Notes: generated by a model from the sequence alone, not told the origin. 64,000 nucleotides of DNA from Eledone cirrhosa (GCA_964016885.1 OZ024742.1:76074001-76138000), one strand, 5' to 3'; numbered from the stretch's first letter, positions 23,967-40,092 are shown. A program made the numbers and translations.

Positions 23967-26850
23967 ATGACCTCACTCAGAATAGGCAGCATAAATGCGC
24001 GTGGCTTGGGGTCGTCATGGAAGCAGGGCCACATGCTCAACGATCTCAGGTCACTAAACTTAGATGTAGTGGCCATCAGAGTGACCAGAATCTCCGAAGG
24101 ACGGGCCTTCGCACCAATCATCGGCGGCTACGATGTGTACGCATCTCCCAGCCGTCCGGGATCGGGGGAAGGAGTTGCTGTGCTTTTTCGGAGAGGTTTG
24201 GACCTTGCCATACGTGCCATCTTTCTGAACCCAAAAGGTAAGTTGGTGGTGCTGGACGTGACCAGCGGAGACGGGGAAGCTTTCAGGCTGCTGGCCGTCT
24301 ATGCCCCGACAGCAGCAGGGCGGCCTGATTTCTTCCGGCGTCTGGAGAACTTTCTTGGAACGTCCCGCTCTTTAGTGTTAGTGGGCGACTGGAATGGGAT
24401 CTTAGATGCACTCTGGGACTCTGTGGGATTAGCGGATAGGGGAGGAGGGTGCAAGAGTCTCACCAACCTTCTCAGGCGTTTTGAACTGTCTGACAGGTAC
24501 CGATTGGATTTCCCGTATGTGCCAATGTGGACTTGGACAAATCGCATAATGTCATCCAGATCATATCTAGATAGAGTATTTTGTAAGGAAATAGATGGAT
24601 ATGCTTCATAGACAAGGACCTGGCTACTGGAAGCTAAACGCGTCTTTACCAGCGCTCTAGGCCTACAGAGACCGGATTAGTGAACTAGTTAAGCGGGCGT
24701 TGACGGGGGCCATCGGCAATAACAAGTGGTGGTTTGCTCTGAAAAGAGCAATTAGAATAGAGTCCATTAGGTTTAGTAAGGCTTTAGCAATAGAGAAAAA
24801 TAGAGCAGAGGGAGAATTAGTTAGAAAATTAGACGAGGCGCTTAGCAAAGGCATCCTGACGACGTACTTGCGGCGAAATTAGCCCTTGACCAGCCGCTGA
24901 AGTACGGGAGGAAATGACTGGCTCCACAAGGGGTAAATCGCCTGGTTTGGATGGTCTGCCCTATGAACTTTACGTACAGATGCCAGATTTGTTCGGAGGC
25001 CTCTTGGCGGACGTCTACTGCAACTGGCAACAGAACGGGAGAATTCCCACCTCTGTGAGCCGAGGAGCTGTGGTGCTGCTGAGAAAGGTTCCGAACAAGG
25101 GGGATAATTTAGATAATTTCAGGCCCATAACTCTGCTAAACACAGAGTTCAGGATTTTGGCCAAGGTGCTAGCAAAGAGCTTGGCGCTTGTCGTTCGTTG
25201 TCTGGTGGGAGAGGCGCAGACGTGATCAATTCCCGACAGATCCATCCACGACAACCTCCACCTCATGCGATACATCGTAGAGAGGTTAGCTAGGGAAGCT
25301 GGCACGGGTGGGTCCTTGATCAATTTAGATCAGTCGAAAGCTTTCGATAGGGTCGACCATCGTTACTTAGCGGCATCTCGTCTTCAGAGGCAGCGACATC
25401 TGCTCTGTGGTGAGAATGAATGGTTACCTTTCGGAACCGTTCAACATCATGCGCTCGGTGCGCCAAGGATGTCCCCTATCGTCTCTCTTGTACGTATTGA
25501 CTCTCGAGCCACTACTGCACAAACTGGAGACATTGAGGGGGGTCCCGCGCGAACTAGGATGCGCAAGATCCGTGTCAGCATATGCGGACGATGTCACCGT
25601 AGTGGTGTCGAACGCCAAACACATTGAGGCGATCGGCACTACACTAAGAGATGGATCAACCAGGAAAAGTCAGTGGGCCTGCAGCTCGGCACCTGGAGAG
25701 GCAAGTCCATACCATCCAACAGCATCGTCGGGCGCTGGAGGGACGGACCGGTTACATTTCTAGGGGTCTGGTTCGGTTCGGTCCGGACCTCCAGACGGAC
25801 AAAAACTGGGACGAGGTGACGAGCAGGGTGGCTTCTCTCACCCAGAAATGGGCGGAGAGGAAGCTATCCCTGTAAGGTCGAGCGGAGGTGGCCAACGCGT
25901 ACATCGCATCCGTCATCTACTACCGCCTGACCGTCATGCCTTGTCCTAAGCCTCGCCTGACTGCGCTGGAGCGTTTGCTCTTTCGCTTTATGTGGAAGGG
26001 ACATGCTCCGATGTTCAGGCGGTCCATCTGCTGTCAACACCCGCTACGTGTAGGGCTGGGCATGCCGTGGCTGATGATGCGTAGACACGCGCTCAGGTTA
26101 CGACATCTCCACCTCTTCCTCGACGGTGATCAGGGGTGGTCGCCGTTTGCTAGACACGTCTTTCCCCAGCTCGTCTCCTTGACGGAGCTGCAGTCCTCGG
26201 TCAAGCGAAGACCGAGAGGGGCCGCTTGGAGACTGGAATGTCTTCAGGCGCTCACAGTCCTCGAACAATCGGGCAATGTGATCCGTGGAAACTCCACCTT
26301 GGCGTTCTATAGAGTATTAGTGGAGTGGAAGAGTGACGACGTACTTGGAGAAACTCTAGGCGTCGACGAAAATAAACTAGCCAATCTCTTCGGAAGGACT
26401 GTCGGGCGGGGCCTATGGACAACTTCCAGAAATCCCTGGCCTGGCAGTGCTACCGAGGAGCTTTGCCAGTTCGGGATAGACTTTACGGGCATGTCCGAGA
26501 TGCGCGCAGGGCGACGAAACCGTCCTGCACGCACTCGTCCAGTGTCCGAGCATTGCTGAGTCCATCGTGAGGATTGCCCCGCCCTCTTCCTTTAGCCGGG
26601 AAGGGCCGGCAGTTTTTATCTGTCAGGTGGCCATGGCGAAATAGATAGTACGGTGGACACGTTTGGAAGGGCCGAAGACGAGCACTTACCTCTTCGGTGA
26701 TGCCCTGATTAACTTTTTCAAATTTCATTTGAAAAGGAAAATCAGCGTAGAGAGGGAATTGCACTCTTTTCCAGCATTTTATTGAAAGATGGGTGAGAGA
26801 AGCAAGAATGGCCCGGGTGAATGGGCCTACTCTGAGTATATGTCTGTAAA
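23967..26850 (+). pseudogene. LINE ORF2: AP endonuclease + reverse transcriptase, with stops, frameshifts and internal deletions
   Basis: SINARGL, VYAP, VGDWNG, YLDRVF (APE). KSPGLDGLP, NFRPITLLN, LDQSKAFDRV, VRQGCPLS, SAYADDV (RT). Confidence 0.93.
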
Positions 26851-27120
26851 TTAAAGGTGGAAAACTGGGAGAGGGCACTTGTCCTGGTGGTCAGGGTCAC
26901 TATGGCCTTTTATTGGGCTTTCTCCACAAATGTCCCTCGGAAGTCTCCCCCCTATTTGGGAATATTTCATTGTTATTTTTTTATTACATCCTCTATTTTT
27001 TTTACACGGAGAAATGCCCATTTGTACCGTCCTGTATTGTCCTGTATTGTCCTTAATGTCTACTTTATGTAAACCATTGTGGTTAATAAAGAAAGCATTA
27101 TTATTATTAATTATAATACG

Positions 27121-27505
27121 GTCTGAGTTCAAATCCCGCCGAGGTTTACTTTGCCTTTCATCCTTACGGGGTCGATAAAATAAAGTACCAGTAATGCACT
27201 GGATAATTGCTGGCCTTGTGCCTAACGTAGAAACAATTATTATTATTAATAATACTAATATTATTAATAATATTATTATTATTTTATCATAGGGTGGTGG
27301 ATTGGCAGTATCGGTAGAGAGTCGGACACCATGCTTTGCAGTATAGGGTCAAATCCCGTTGAGTTCAAATCCCGTCGAGGTTAACTTTGCCTATCATCCT
27401 TACCGAGTCGATAAAATAAAGTACCACTCACGCACTGGTTCGATTTAATCAACTTTCCCCTCCCCAAAAATTGCTGGCCTTGTGCCTATATAAGAAACTA
27501 TTATT
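27121..27505 (+). mobile_element. Two tandem SINE family A copies; further copies at 28045-28218 (+) and 43570-43762 (-)
   Basis: SINE A core and tails. Confidence 0.85.
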
Positions 27506-27543
27506 AATATTCTATCATCATCATCATCATCATCAGCAGCAGC

Positions 27544-27574
<31 letters not shown>

Positions 27575-28319
27575 ACAGTAGTTATAGTGATAGGCGTATA
27601 TGAATTATATCAATTTCAAAGAAAAATAATTATGTGAAAAATGAGTATCTGAAGTTGTAAGCAGATATAGAACATTTTATAACGTGAAAATGAGAAAAGA
27701 AAAGAAAAAAAAAACATTAAGATATGTATAGCCAGGAAGTCTTTGTGAAATGTTGAGATGTTTGTAATGACTGATCTTTTCAAGCAACGCCATTAAACTT
27801 GGGAGCATTGATATGTTTTGTTAAATCCTTTGTTGATACAACGAAATATATTTTGACAGAGTTTAATCAGATATGGATGAATGTAACTATATACCAACGT
27901 GATGTGTTGAATAGCATTTCACTTTCGTCTGTATATTGGACGTTTATAGTAATCGGGGATTCATAAATCGTTTGACAAATATTGTCAGGCTGTTATAACA
28001 GTCATGATACCTCTTTACTATTGCCATCATTATTATGATAGTAACGGTAGAGTGTTGGACGCCATTCTTTCTAGCATAGTTACGTCCCTTTACAGTCTGA
28101 GTTAAAATCCCGCCGAGGTTAACTTTGCCTTTCATCCTTACGGCGTCGATAAAATAAAGTACCTGTAATGTACTGTGTAATTGCTGGCCTTGTGCCTAAA
28201 GTAGAAACAATTATTATATTTAAATTCATTCTCACAATCCAACGGTTATAATTTGTTATAAAAATTATCGTTTGCCTACTTTATGTATTGCAATCAGACA
28301 TATGCAGTGGTGTGTGTGT

Positions 28320-28408
<89 letters not shown>

Positions 28409-28735
28409 TTTGTATATATATATATAACAATGAAAGTGTGGTAAGGAACCAGGTGGATCAGAACGAACCAGGGTACTCGATACTTAGGGTAGTAGAGTTA
28501 TATATATATACATATATATACATATATGTGTGTGTGTGTGCATATGCGTGCGTGTGTGTGTATATGTGTATGTTTATATGACTGAAAGACGGTGTAAATT
28601 TCCATAAAATTAAAGGTTAACTTTAAAAATTACAAGTGAAAAACAGTTGTATATTTAATGATTATTTCTTTATTTTAAACCTACATAATGAGTAATATTA
28701 TAATTGCTACCTCAAGTGGATTTAAAGTTTCTCAA

Positions 28736-28776
28736 ATATAACCGGTTTCGATTGCAATATAAATCTTATCAAATAT
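28736..28776 (-). ncRNA. Minimal hammerhead-like motif, U3-A8 core variant
   Basis: Minus strand: atat-TTGATAA-gatt tatattgc aatc-GAAA-C-CG-GTT-atat. Confidence 0.45.
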
Positions 28777-30145
28777 GAAAAGAAACGTTCGTTCTCATAT
28801 TCTGTAAAAAATGAGAACATATATGAATTTTATGCCAAGATTTATTTTCATATATATATTCTTTATAGGTTGACAAAAGAGAAATCCGTTGACTGGAATT
28901 TGGTTATGGATTTCTTGTTAGTCGATAACCAGCGGATTCTCCACGGAATTTGAAAAAGTACATGCTTTGACCTGGATTTTTGTACTGCTGTGGATTTTGT
29001 TGTGCTAAACTAGGAGAATTATGTCTGTTTCAATTCCTTAAATTGTGAGTACTTCCAAGTTCTCATAAGTTAATATCTGGATACAATAATTACACTGCTT
29101 TTATAGCTTAGGCTTCTGGTTGGGAATGTTGTATTACAATTAGTCCTGCGTACGTGTGCTCGAAATAAATTTATTGAGCGAATTGTTAACAACAAGATCT
29201 AAATCGAAAACAAATTCACTATATATATATATATATATAGTGAATTTATATATATATAGTGAATATATATATATATATATAACGAAATACATATATCATT
29301 ATTGCGTTCATTCAAAATTTAATAAAAATATTGATTATAATATGAGAAGAAAGGACAACAATTAGCATACCAATAAGGATACGACATTTTCATTCCAAAT
29401 TTAGGGAATAAATATTATAGCTAAAACGTATTAATTAAATATCCTTGTGAGAGAGGAAACATCCTAGGAAGTGTTATCATTTTTGAAAAGAATCTAAGCA
29501 ACCAATAAGAATTTAGAGCTTATTTTATGAAGATTCCACCGCTAAACTTGTCGTTTCCCAGAATCAATTCCTGATGTTCATTTCGAATATTCAATGGTAC
29601 ATTACTTTGACGGAAGTAAGAGACACAATTTCCTTTGAATGAAGCTTGAATTTAAATCTCCCAAGAAACCAATGGAGGAGGACCTCTGAACTAACGTTCA
29701 CAAAAGAAAATATGTTAAAATTGTTCAAGAGATTCAAAGAGGTGTATGGTAATTGCAATTTGCCGTCAATCTTTCTTTTCAAACTAATCTGAAATGTTTT
29801 TCATTGACAAACATACGTATCAATTTTTACTTCCGTTCTTCCGACGTTAATTTAATTACAGTAATACGTATTTAATATATTCGAGTGAGAGGAAATAAAC
29901 GAAGCAAAATGCATGAAAAAGTGGGTGGCTCAGAATACGTAAAAAGTAAATAGTAATAGTGAATGTTAAGGTAAAAAGTGTGTTTTAATCAGAAACAAAA
30001 GATATGATTTACCCGCAAGCTCTCTTTCCCGGGAACAGGAAATTAACAAGCAATAAGAATAAGGCTTAAAATGTTCGCTGCCTGCCTCTAAATCTCTCTT
30101 TATTTCACTTTATTTCACTTTCTCTCCCCACCCCACCCCCGCTCT

Positions 30146-30232
<87 letters not shown>

Positions 30233-30997
30233 CAATTACGTAACACGATGGTAATTCAATTGTATTCTGTTACGCAATTCTGCACATGTATGTGTCCGCC
30301 ATTTAAGTCTTCGCTTGAAATTACGGAACTCTTATAAATTTGTTTGTCTGTGTTTTGTGACTAAACCATTTTTCATAGCAGGTTTTCAATAATTTGCAAG
30401 CGTAATCAGTTTGCAAAGGTAGCCATTAAAACAGAATGACTACAATAAGGATGAAAACACGGTGTAAAATAAAATAAAAAAACTAATATTGACAAAACAC
30501 GATAATATGTGGGACGCACGAAGCCCGGTAAGCTTATCCATATATGATATGCTACGTAGAAGTCTTCCTACTCCCTTACTATTTTATAGTAATGCATCTA
30601 CCCAATAACCAACTCTGGCGGTATTTTTCGTGGTGCAGTTTTACAATAATTTTGTAGATTTCTCAGGTATTCACCTTCATATATATATTAATTATATTCT
30701 ATTTCTGACTTTATTTGTCAGCATAACAGTCATCATAATATTACAAATAAAAAGTGAAAAAGGAAAGAAAAGGTAAAGGAAGTAAGAGGAAAACGCACAA
30801 GCAGGTAATAAACACATATAGGACCACATACAACAAAGGGCAGGGGAAAAGGGTGGAAAAAGGAACCGCTACGAGAACAAAAGATAACGATAATGCGAGG
30901 AACACGGGAGAAACACGAATAACCTTTCAGGCAAGCCAGAACACTCTCAGTTGTACCTTGGATGATGGCGAGTTTATAAACATATATATATATATAT

Positions 30998-31800
30998 GTG
31001 GTGGTGTGGATGACTGGGAGTGTACAACAGACGTCTCAGGACCAGAATAATAATCGGAAATCCACAGAAAGAGTGGTTTGGCGGCGAATATTATTCTCCA
31101 TTACAGCTCATCAAAACAGCTGTTTTTGGTAGAATATTCAGTGCCCTTTGAAAGTAGATTGGAAGAAATAATTGTATTCAAGACCGAGAAATGCGACCGT
31201 TTGGTGTACAGATTGCGGGGAATGAAATTCCGAGTCAAAATTCTTAACAGTGAAGTTGCAGCCAAAGATTTCGAGGGCGAATCAGCGTACAATCTCATGA
31301 CACAAATCTCAGTCCTTAGGAAGATAAGGACCAAATACTTTAAGACAATATCTAAGGTAGTGGTAAGGAGTTCCAGGTGGATCTGGTCGGAGGAATAAAA
31401 AGAACCTCCATACCACACGAGAGGCGTCGTATTTTTATTTCCACTCTCGCTAAGGGAAGTAACTCTGAGTCAATCGTTGGTGACAGTATGTTGATTTCCA
31501 ACGTAGCTTTACCATGATTACCAACGTTATTTTCCAATTCAAGAAAGCATGTAAATATAAGTTTGAAAATAGAGGTAACAGAAGGCTAGATCCTGTAAAC
31601 ATAACAAATAAAAAATCTCCATACTGTTTCAATACGCAGCAAGTCTCCGATTTCCGAATGACTAAATGTCAGCAGAAAGGCACCCATGAATCATGACCTG
31701 GATGCGGCCCGGCCCTCTTAGAATGTCAGAGGTTAATGGCTGAAACCCTCGCTTGGGGGGATTTCTTTTCAGGAAGACCTTCTGCTGTCCAGCTTCCCTG
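30998..31800 (+). mobile_element. 5'-truncated RLE-type LINE (Hero/R2-group-like) 3' end
   Basis: ORF 31078-31398 (…LFLVEYSVPFESRLEE…FKTEK…EVAAKDF…SSRWIW) matches the RLE E.(T/S)VP(W/F)E…K..K…EVG.RGF pattern, followed by a 3' UTR. Confidence 0.7.
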
Positions 31801-32079
31801 AGCTTCTTACCAATATATATATATACTTATATATATTTCATTACCATTGTAAGGGGTCTGACGAGCTCTGGATTACAAAGTCGGACTAGATCGATACAGA
31901 TCGAACCTTGAGCTGAACAGTGGCTGAACGCGGGTCACCAAACAATAAACGTAACCACTCGTCCTTCTTTTATTCTACTATAATACACTCCCTCTAGCTC
32001 TAAACCATGACACAGAAGTGAACCTAAACATCGAATGCTCACTAGGGTGAACCTACAGTAACTCGAAGTTATACTCCCT

Positions 32080-32129
<50 letters not shown>

Positions 32130-32262
32130 AAGCAGGAAATTGCTTATTGTGATCCAGTTCGTGGTTAAGAAACCCAGTTTCATGGACGGTTTCGATGTAC
32201 GGTTAGGGGTAACTCCACAAGTTTGTAAGAATTCCGTTCAATCTTGGAGTATAAAATATAAA

Positions 32263-32790
32263 AGAGAAAACACAGGTAAGCATTAAGAAAAGGATTTTAT
32301 TCAGGTATTTACGACCGTTTCGCAAACAAGACGTGGCAACTGAGGGAAAGTAACCATCAATACACTCCGAAGTGGAAAACATTATCGAACGCGCCCCATA
32401 TCGGAGTGGTATGAGATGCTGGCGATTATGTGACCTTGATCTGTTCCACATTTTGAGTTCGAAGAATAAGTTACTCAACAATAAAATCGAAAGATCAATT
32501 TATTGTAACCATAGACTCAAAGAAAGGTTTTCGCACTACAAGTGCAAATCGAACCCTTAACCTCTTACTACCAACTGCATATACTTAGACTTTCTACCCT
32601 CTTATTGTATCTAACCCCTTTAATTACCCACAAAAACCAATACCTATATCCCTCCCTTCTCCTTCATTCCTTTTCTATTTCTTTTCGTTTTCTTCCTTTC
32701 TTCTTTCCTCTTTTTGGCTATCGTTTCTTTTCTTCATTCTCCCACACTTCTTTATTTCTATTTTTCATATATATATTTATCTCTCTATAT

Positions 32791-32833
<43 letters not shown>

Positions 32834-33175
32834 CCTCCCACTGTAAACAACTTAATTCTCTTTAACTCACTACATGAAGTCTACGTATCAAAACTAATCA
32901 AGGAATCCTTCCACCTCTACCCCTCCCTCCATCTCAGTTTGTCACTCTACTTCCTAACTCTTCTCCTCCTTCCTCTCTCTATACTATTTCGTTTGACTCT
33001 CCACTTATGAACTTTTTTAAGAGTAAATTACTCAGATTTTGAAAATGTGGACGTTCACAACAACTATCATTGAGTGGCTGCTATTTGCGGTATAGCAATA
33101 TATGGTTGCACTTGCCAATGAAACGGTCGTAAATACCTGGATAAAACCCTTTTCTTAATGCTTACCTGTGTTTTC

Positions 33176-33178
<3 letters not shown>
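32263..33178 (+). mobile_element. 5'-truncated PLE 3' end with a short inverted copy of its tail
   Basis: ORF 32372-32560 (IIERAPYRSG..CW.LCDL…LLNNKIE…CNHR) is a PLE GIY-YIG C-terminus. ~57-bp inverted repeat at 32263-32321 and 33120-33178. Confidence 0.7.
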
Positions 33179-33234
<56 letters not shown>

Positions 33235-33239
33235 TTAGT

Positions 33240-33915
<676 letters not shown>

Positions 33916-34811
33916 ATAATAAAATGTGGAGAGGAAGCACGCGAGTTATATATATATGAAAACAGGTAGAAAAAGACGATTATTAGGGAGAAAAATATTT
34001 TTTTTCTGGGTTAGAAAATGATTAAAACGAAATATTTTACTTTGTGTGAAGTGTTAATGTATAAGTTGATGTATTTATTAATTAACAATGTCATTTATTT
34101 ATTTATATATTTAATAATTGTCTATTACCTGTTTCAGCATTTTTATGCATTATCAAATAATAATAATATGTATTGGTGTAAAATGGTGGTGTTGGACTTG
34201 TTAAAGAAATTGTGCAGAAAGAGTAATGTTATTTACAAACAAGGTTTATGAAGTGAAAAGAAAAAAGAAGAAAAGGAGCGTAATGTGGAACATATTAAGG
34301 CAATGTGAAAGAAACAATAATGTTATTTACAGGCATAGTTCTTGAAGATAAGCAGATCAGAATGTGTTAATATAGCAAGAGTGCTTAGTTCATCCATGAT
34401 GGAGGCAAATGGTGGACTGGGGTTTGATATGTTTTCCCTTTTTAGAGAGTTAATATGCAGGGGGAGGTAATTCATGCTGTATGATATTTAATTTATTTAG
34501 GGAAAAGGATTAGGTAGGGTGTTAGGGAGGTAACTCTTTAGAGAGACATAGGTATTTTTAAATATTTGATTGTTCGTTCCGGTTTTAGTTTAGTCCGAAG
34601 TTTAGTGCATTAAGTAGAGGTTGGAATCTGTTAATGAAATACGTTTCCTTATTGTTACGCTACTTTCATCCATCGTGAAATATTTCGTTTTAATCATTTT
34701 CTAACCCAGAAAAAATAAAAAAAAAATAAGAAGGGAAAAAAAAATATTTCTCCAACTAATAATCGTCTTTTTCTCCCTGTTTTCATACATACACACACAC
34801 ACACACACATA

Positions 34812-34913
<102 letters not shown>

Positions 34914-34936
34914 CACACACACACACATATATATAA

Positions 34937-34965
<29 letters not shown>

Positions 34966-34972
<7 letters not shown>

Positions 34973-35318
34973 AAAAAGAGATGAAATCGAAAATGCAACT
35001 AAAGTCTTATTTTTTTTTTAAATATATATATTTATTTGGTTCCTTTACCGGTTTCGCAGTTCTTCTGCTTTTCAAAAGGTGAGTTGAGATGGAGGGTCTG
35101 TGGTTTTTCTCAGATGTGAGAAAAACCACAGACCCTCCAGCTCAACTCACCTTTTGAAAAGCAGAAGAACTGCGAAACCGGTAAAGGAACCGAATAAATA
35201 TACATATTTTTTTAAAAAATAAGACTTCAGTTGCATTTTCGATTTCATCTCTTTTTCTTTATACTTTCACTCGTGTAGGACACCTCGGTTATTTTTCATT
35301 TTGTAAAAAAAACCTCAC

Positions 35319-35325
<7 letters not shown>
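34966..35325. mobile_element. Fold-back HHR element: 147-bp near-perfect palindrome arms, 4-nt loop, in (TA)n
   Basis: Arms 34966-35112 and 35117-35263. HHR cctt-TTGAAAA-gcag aagaa ctgc-GAAA-C-CG-GTA-aagg at 35150-35187 (+) and 35042-35079 (-). Confidence 0.85.
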
Positions 35326-35351
<26 letters not shown>

Positions 35352-35353
<2 letters not shown>

Positions 35354-35820
35354 CGATATTAAACAAATGGAAACTGCATTTATAAAACCATATTTATTTC
35401 ATTATATATATTTCAGGGATATCATATTAAAAATATGGTATGCCCTCTTCAGACAAAATACAATATAAAAACAGTTTTATAAATAAATTTGACATACCTT
35501 GAAAAATTTACAACTTCCATTTAAAAAGTTGTTATGGTAGTCTACCATAACAACTTTTTAAATGGAAGTTGTACATTTTTCAAGGTATGTCAAATTTATT
35601 TATAAAACTGTTTATATATTGTATTTTGTCTGAAGAGGGCATACCATATTTTTAATATGATATCCCTGAAATATATATAATGAAATAAATATGGTTTTAT
35701 AAATGTAGTTTCCATTTGTTTAATATCGTAAAATACTCCAAATATGTTGAGTGCTTTTATATCAGTTATAAAATATTTACTCGTTGTAACCCAACAACTT
35801 TAAATAAAATGTTTGCATAT
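35352..35820. mobile_element. Fold-back HHR element: 189-bp near-perfect palindrome arms, 1-nt loop, in (TA)n
   Basis: Arms 35352-35540 and 35542-35730. HHR-like attttgt-CTGAAGA-ggg…catatt ttt aatatg…ccct-GAAA-TATAT-ATA-atgaaat at ~35623-35686, mirrored on the minus strand. Confidence 0.8.
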
Positions 35821-36111
35821 ATATATATATATGTATATCAACTCTGGTGTCGGGGTTACACAGTTTCCTATTACAAACTCTACTACCCTAAGTATTGAAT
35901 ACGTTGGTGCGTTATTGTCCATCTTGTTCCTTACCACACCTCCTATATTTATTAAAATAACAGATTAAAGTTTAAGCAAATAATCGCTGCTTTCACCCTT
36001 AACGAGATCTTCTGAAACTCATAAATATTTGCACTACGGTTCTTATATATTTGATATATAATTTTCCTTATCGAGCCCTCTTTGGATTTTAGTCTTCAAA
36101 TTTATTATTAT

Positions 36112-37415
<1,304 letters not shown>

Positions 37416-38120
37416 ATATATATATATTTATATATATAAAATACGTACATTCACTCACATATATATATATATATCTTTTTCTCTTCCCGTACTGCTATCC
37501 TCTTTCTCTCTCCCGCTTGTCTCTCCTTCTCCCTCTTACTTTCTTTCACCCCCTCTGCTAGTCACCCTCTCTCGGCTAGCATCTTCCTCACACTTCCACT
37601 CACTTCGTCGCTGCTATTCCCCCTCTCTCTCTCACTTCCGCCATCGTCCCACAACGTGCGAAATTCTTTCCTCGCATACTCTTCGCACGGTTAAGATGTG
37701 TCTTTCGTCTTCTCGCCAATGTTCGGAAATTCTTATGTTCACATTAATCATTGACTTGATTTTTTCATTTTTTCCTCTCTTTACGTTGCTTCAACATTCG
37801 TGTTTGTTTACCTCTCTCTCTTTCTCCACCCACTTCTTTTTATACCAATAACTTATTTTAGTTATTGTTCGCGCTAGCCTGAGGTAACTGGTCTTTAATG
37901 CGAAGAAATAGCTATGATGGCTAGTAGACGACTGATGATGGATATTCCTGGCTTCTATTTCTAACTCTTCATTTTAATTTGTATATCATATTTGCCACAA
38001 CACAGCACGCTATTTTTCATCTATATATATATATATATATATATATATGATAATAAGGGCGCTGCGGAGTTGCAAATTGGTTACATATGAAAAAGGTTTG
38101 TCCTTCACCAGTGATCTTCC

Positions 38121-38161
<41 letters not shown>

Positions 38162-38172
38162 ACTTACGTACA

Positions 38173-38228
<56 letters not shown>

Positions 38229-38229
38229 G

Positions 38230-39000
38230 TTACAAAAGTGACATATACAGGTACTTAAGTTTCGTTGGTTTATGCACCCCGAGTAATTCTGTCTGTTATA
38301 TGAACAAAGATGTCTTCTGGTGGTTGAATCTGATTTCATTTGTGAAGATCAATCTAGAGTTGTAATATAGGCCTTTGTTAGAAATCTCCATTTATATGGC
38401 TCTTAAGTGCCATAGCATTTTCATGGTGAAAACCCGTCTGGAAATCAGAGAATTTCATGCGTTTGCTATCCTAGATAAAGGAGGAGGAGAAAATATTACC
38501 TTTATCTTTCTTTTTCATATTTATGTAATCATCAATGTCTTTAGGCCAACCTTTTGAATACAACTGTTATTTATGCAACTGGGAATGCAAAAATAAAACT
38601 GATTGTCAAATGTACACTAATAAACGTCAAATAAATCACAAATATCCGCGGTGTCAAACGATCCTATAGGAAGATCAAAAGGTCGTTTGTCGTAGATATC
38701 TTCATACAGGCCTCCCTCCTGTTGAAGAAGAGTGGTTTTCGGCAGGGAAATATTTGCGGTAAGTGCAAGTCATATATATAGCTAAATCTATGGCAAAATA
38801 CAGGGTCATATCCAGTATGTAACGGGATATCGACGATATTGAATTCAGTGAATCTGGCTCTGTGTATATGCTTAATTGAGTTAAACCAATCTAGCAACGC
38901 TTGTTATTTTCCAATTAGTTAAACTTACGTAGTTTATTAATATTCCTATACAAATTTCTAAGCAGGTCCTTACTGACAAGGCCTAATTCTGTCTTGGCGA
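38230..39000 (-). pseudogene. Highly degenerate PLE (Naiad-like) RT fragment
   Basis: LDWFNSIKHIHRARFTEFNIVD and CRKPLFFN align with IRWFNSISNKNKSKFIQFDIDE and ARKTIVKF of the PLE at 48870. Confidence 0.65.
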
Positions 39001-40092
39001 GTGGCATGCTCTAAATGTAAAACATGACTATTTTAGAACTGAATTTATTAGACACCATAATATAATAAACCGAAATAATTATTCCAATAGTACATTTTTA
39101 TTTTCAATCTTGTGGACATCGATACATACATCCTTCCATCCGTCCATTCATCCATTCATCCATCCATACATGCTTACATACATACATACAAAAATACATA
39201 CATGTATGCAAGCTTATCTGTATATACATATGTATTTATGAATGTATATAATGCATGAATTTATCTACTCATTTATATATACACCTCTATTCTATATATG
39301 TCCATATGAATAAATTGCATGACAAAAACAAAGAAATAAACAGTCAAAAAGTCAATACAAATAAATTGAATATGATAATTATAAAAACTGCAATGCTAAA
39401 ATTTCATGCAGTTTCAAAACATATTCAGATATGCTGGGATAAACGAGAAAGAATGCAAATAATATAGCCCTATATACCTATATAGTGAAATTTAAAATTC
39501 TGCTAGAATTATGGGAGAAAAAAACCCAAAAAACTTTCCTTCATTACCATTATGTATATTTTCATGTGATGTTTGTGACAAGAACATTAAAAAATAAATG
39601 ATAAAAAATGCAACTTGGAATAAGTTTTAAAGATAAAGAATAAAGCAACAAATAAAATGAAAGTAAACGATTAACGCATTTATATTGAAGAAGCCGGCAG
39701 TATATACCTACATACACTCACACACACACACACATATATATATATATACATTAGCATTATTGTTTTCATTTTTATTAAAACTTCCAAGTAGGCTTCGCTT
39801 CCAAGTCTGTGATATTCATGTTTATTCTTAGATTTCTGTCGAAGTGATTTTAGTTATGACTGATTGAAACTCCCACGAAAACATTATTGTATATATTTCT
39901 GCGATAAAATGCAAATTTGATGGTGCTATAATGTATTAAAAAGTCACCTGAGATAGACTGGTGTATATTCCCTCTCTCTTGTAAAACCTTACAATGTTTT
40001 TTTTTCCTTTTGTTAATGTCTCATGATGTGATTCATTGACTTTGTAATATATATATATGTGTGCTTATATATATATTATATATCTATATCTA

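Larger units (their letters stand above)
21776..27110 (+). mobile_element. Tx1/L1-clade non-LTR retrotransposon, near full length, inactivated
   Basis: ORF1 pieces 21990-23927, APE-RT ORF2 pieces 23967-26850, AATAAA at 27085, then a (TTA)n tail. Confidence 0.9.

Noticed and set aside
29380-29800. Possible PLE linker or GIY-YIG remnant (…LQLPY…)
   Set aside because: Single weak motif; cannot be supported.
31855-31940. HHR-like gggt-CTGACGA-gctc…gagc-TGAAC…GTC-acc, and similar traces at ~11535-11570, ~37911 and ~44680-44720
   Set aside because: Core nucleotides are missing or altered. They are plausible decayed HHRs but too degenerate to call.
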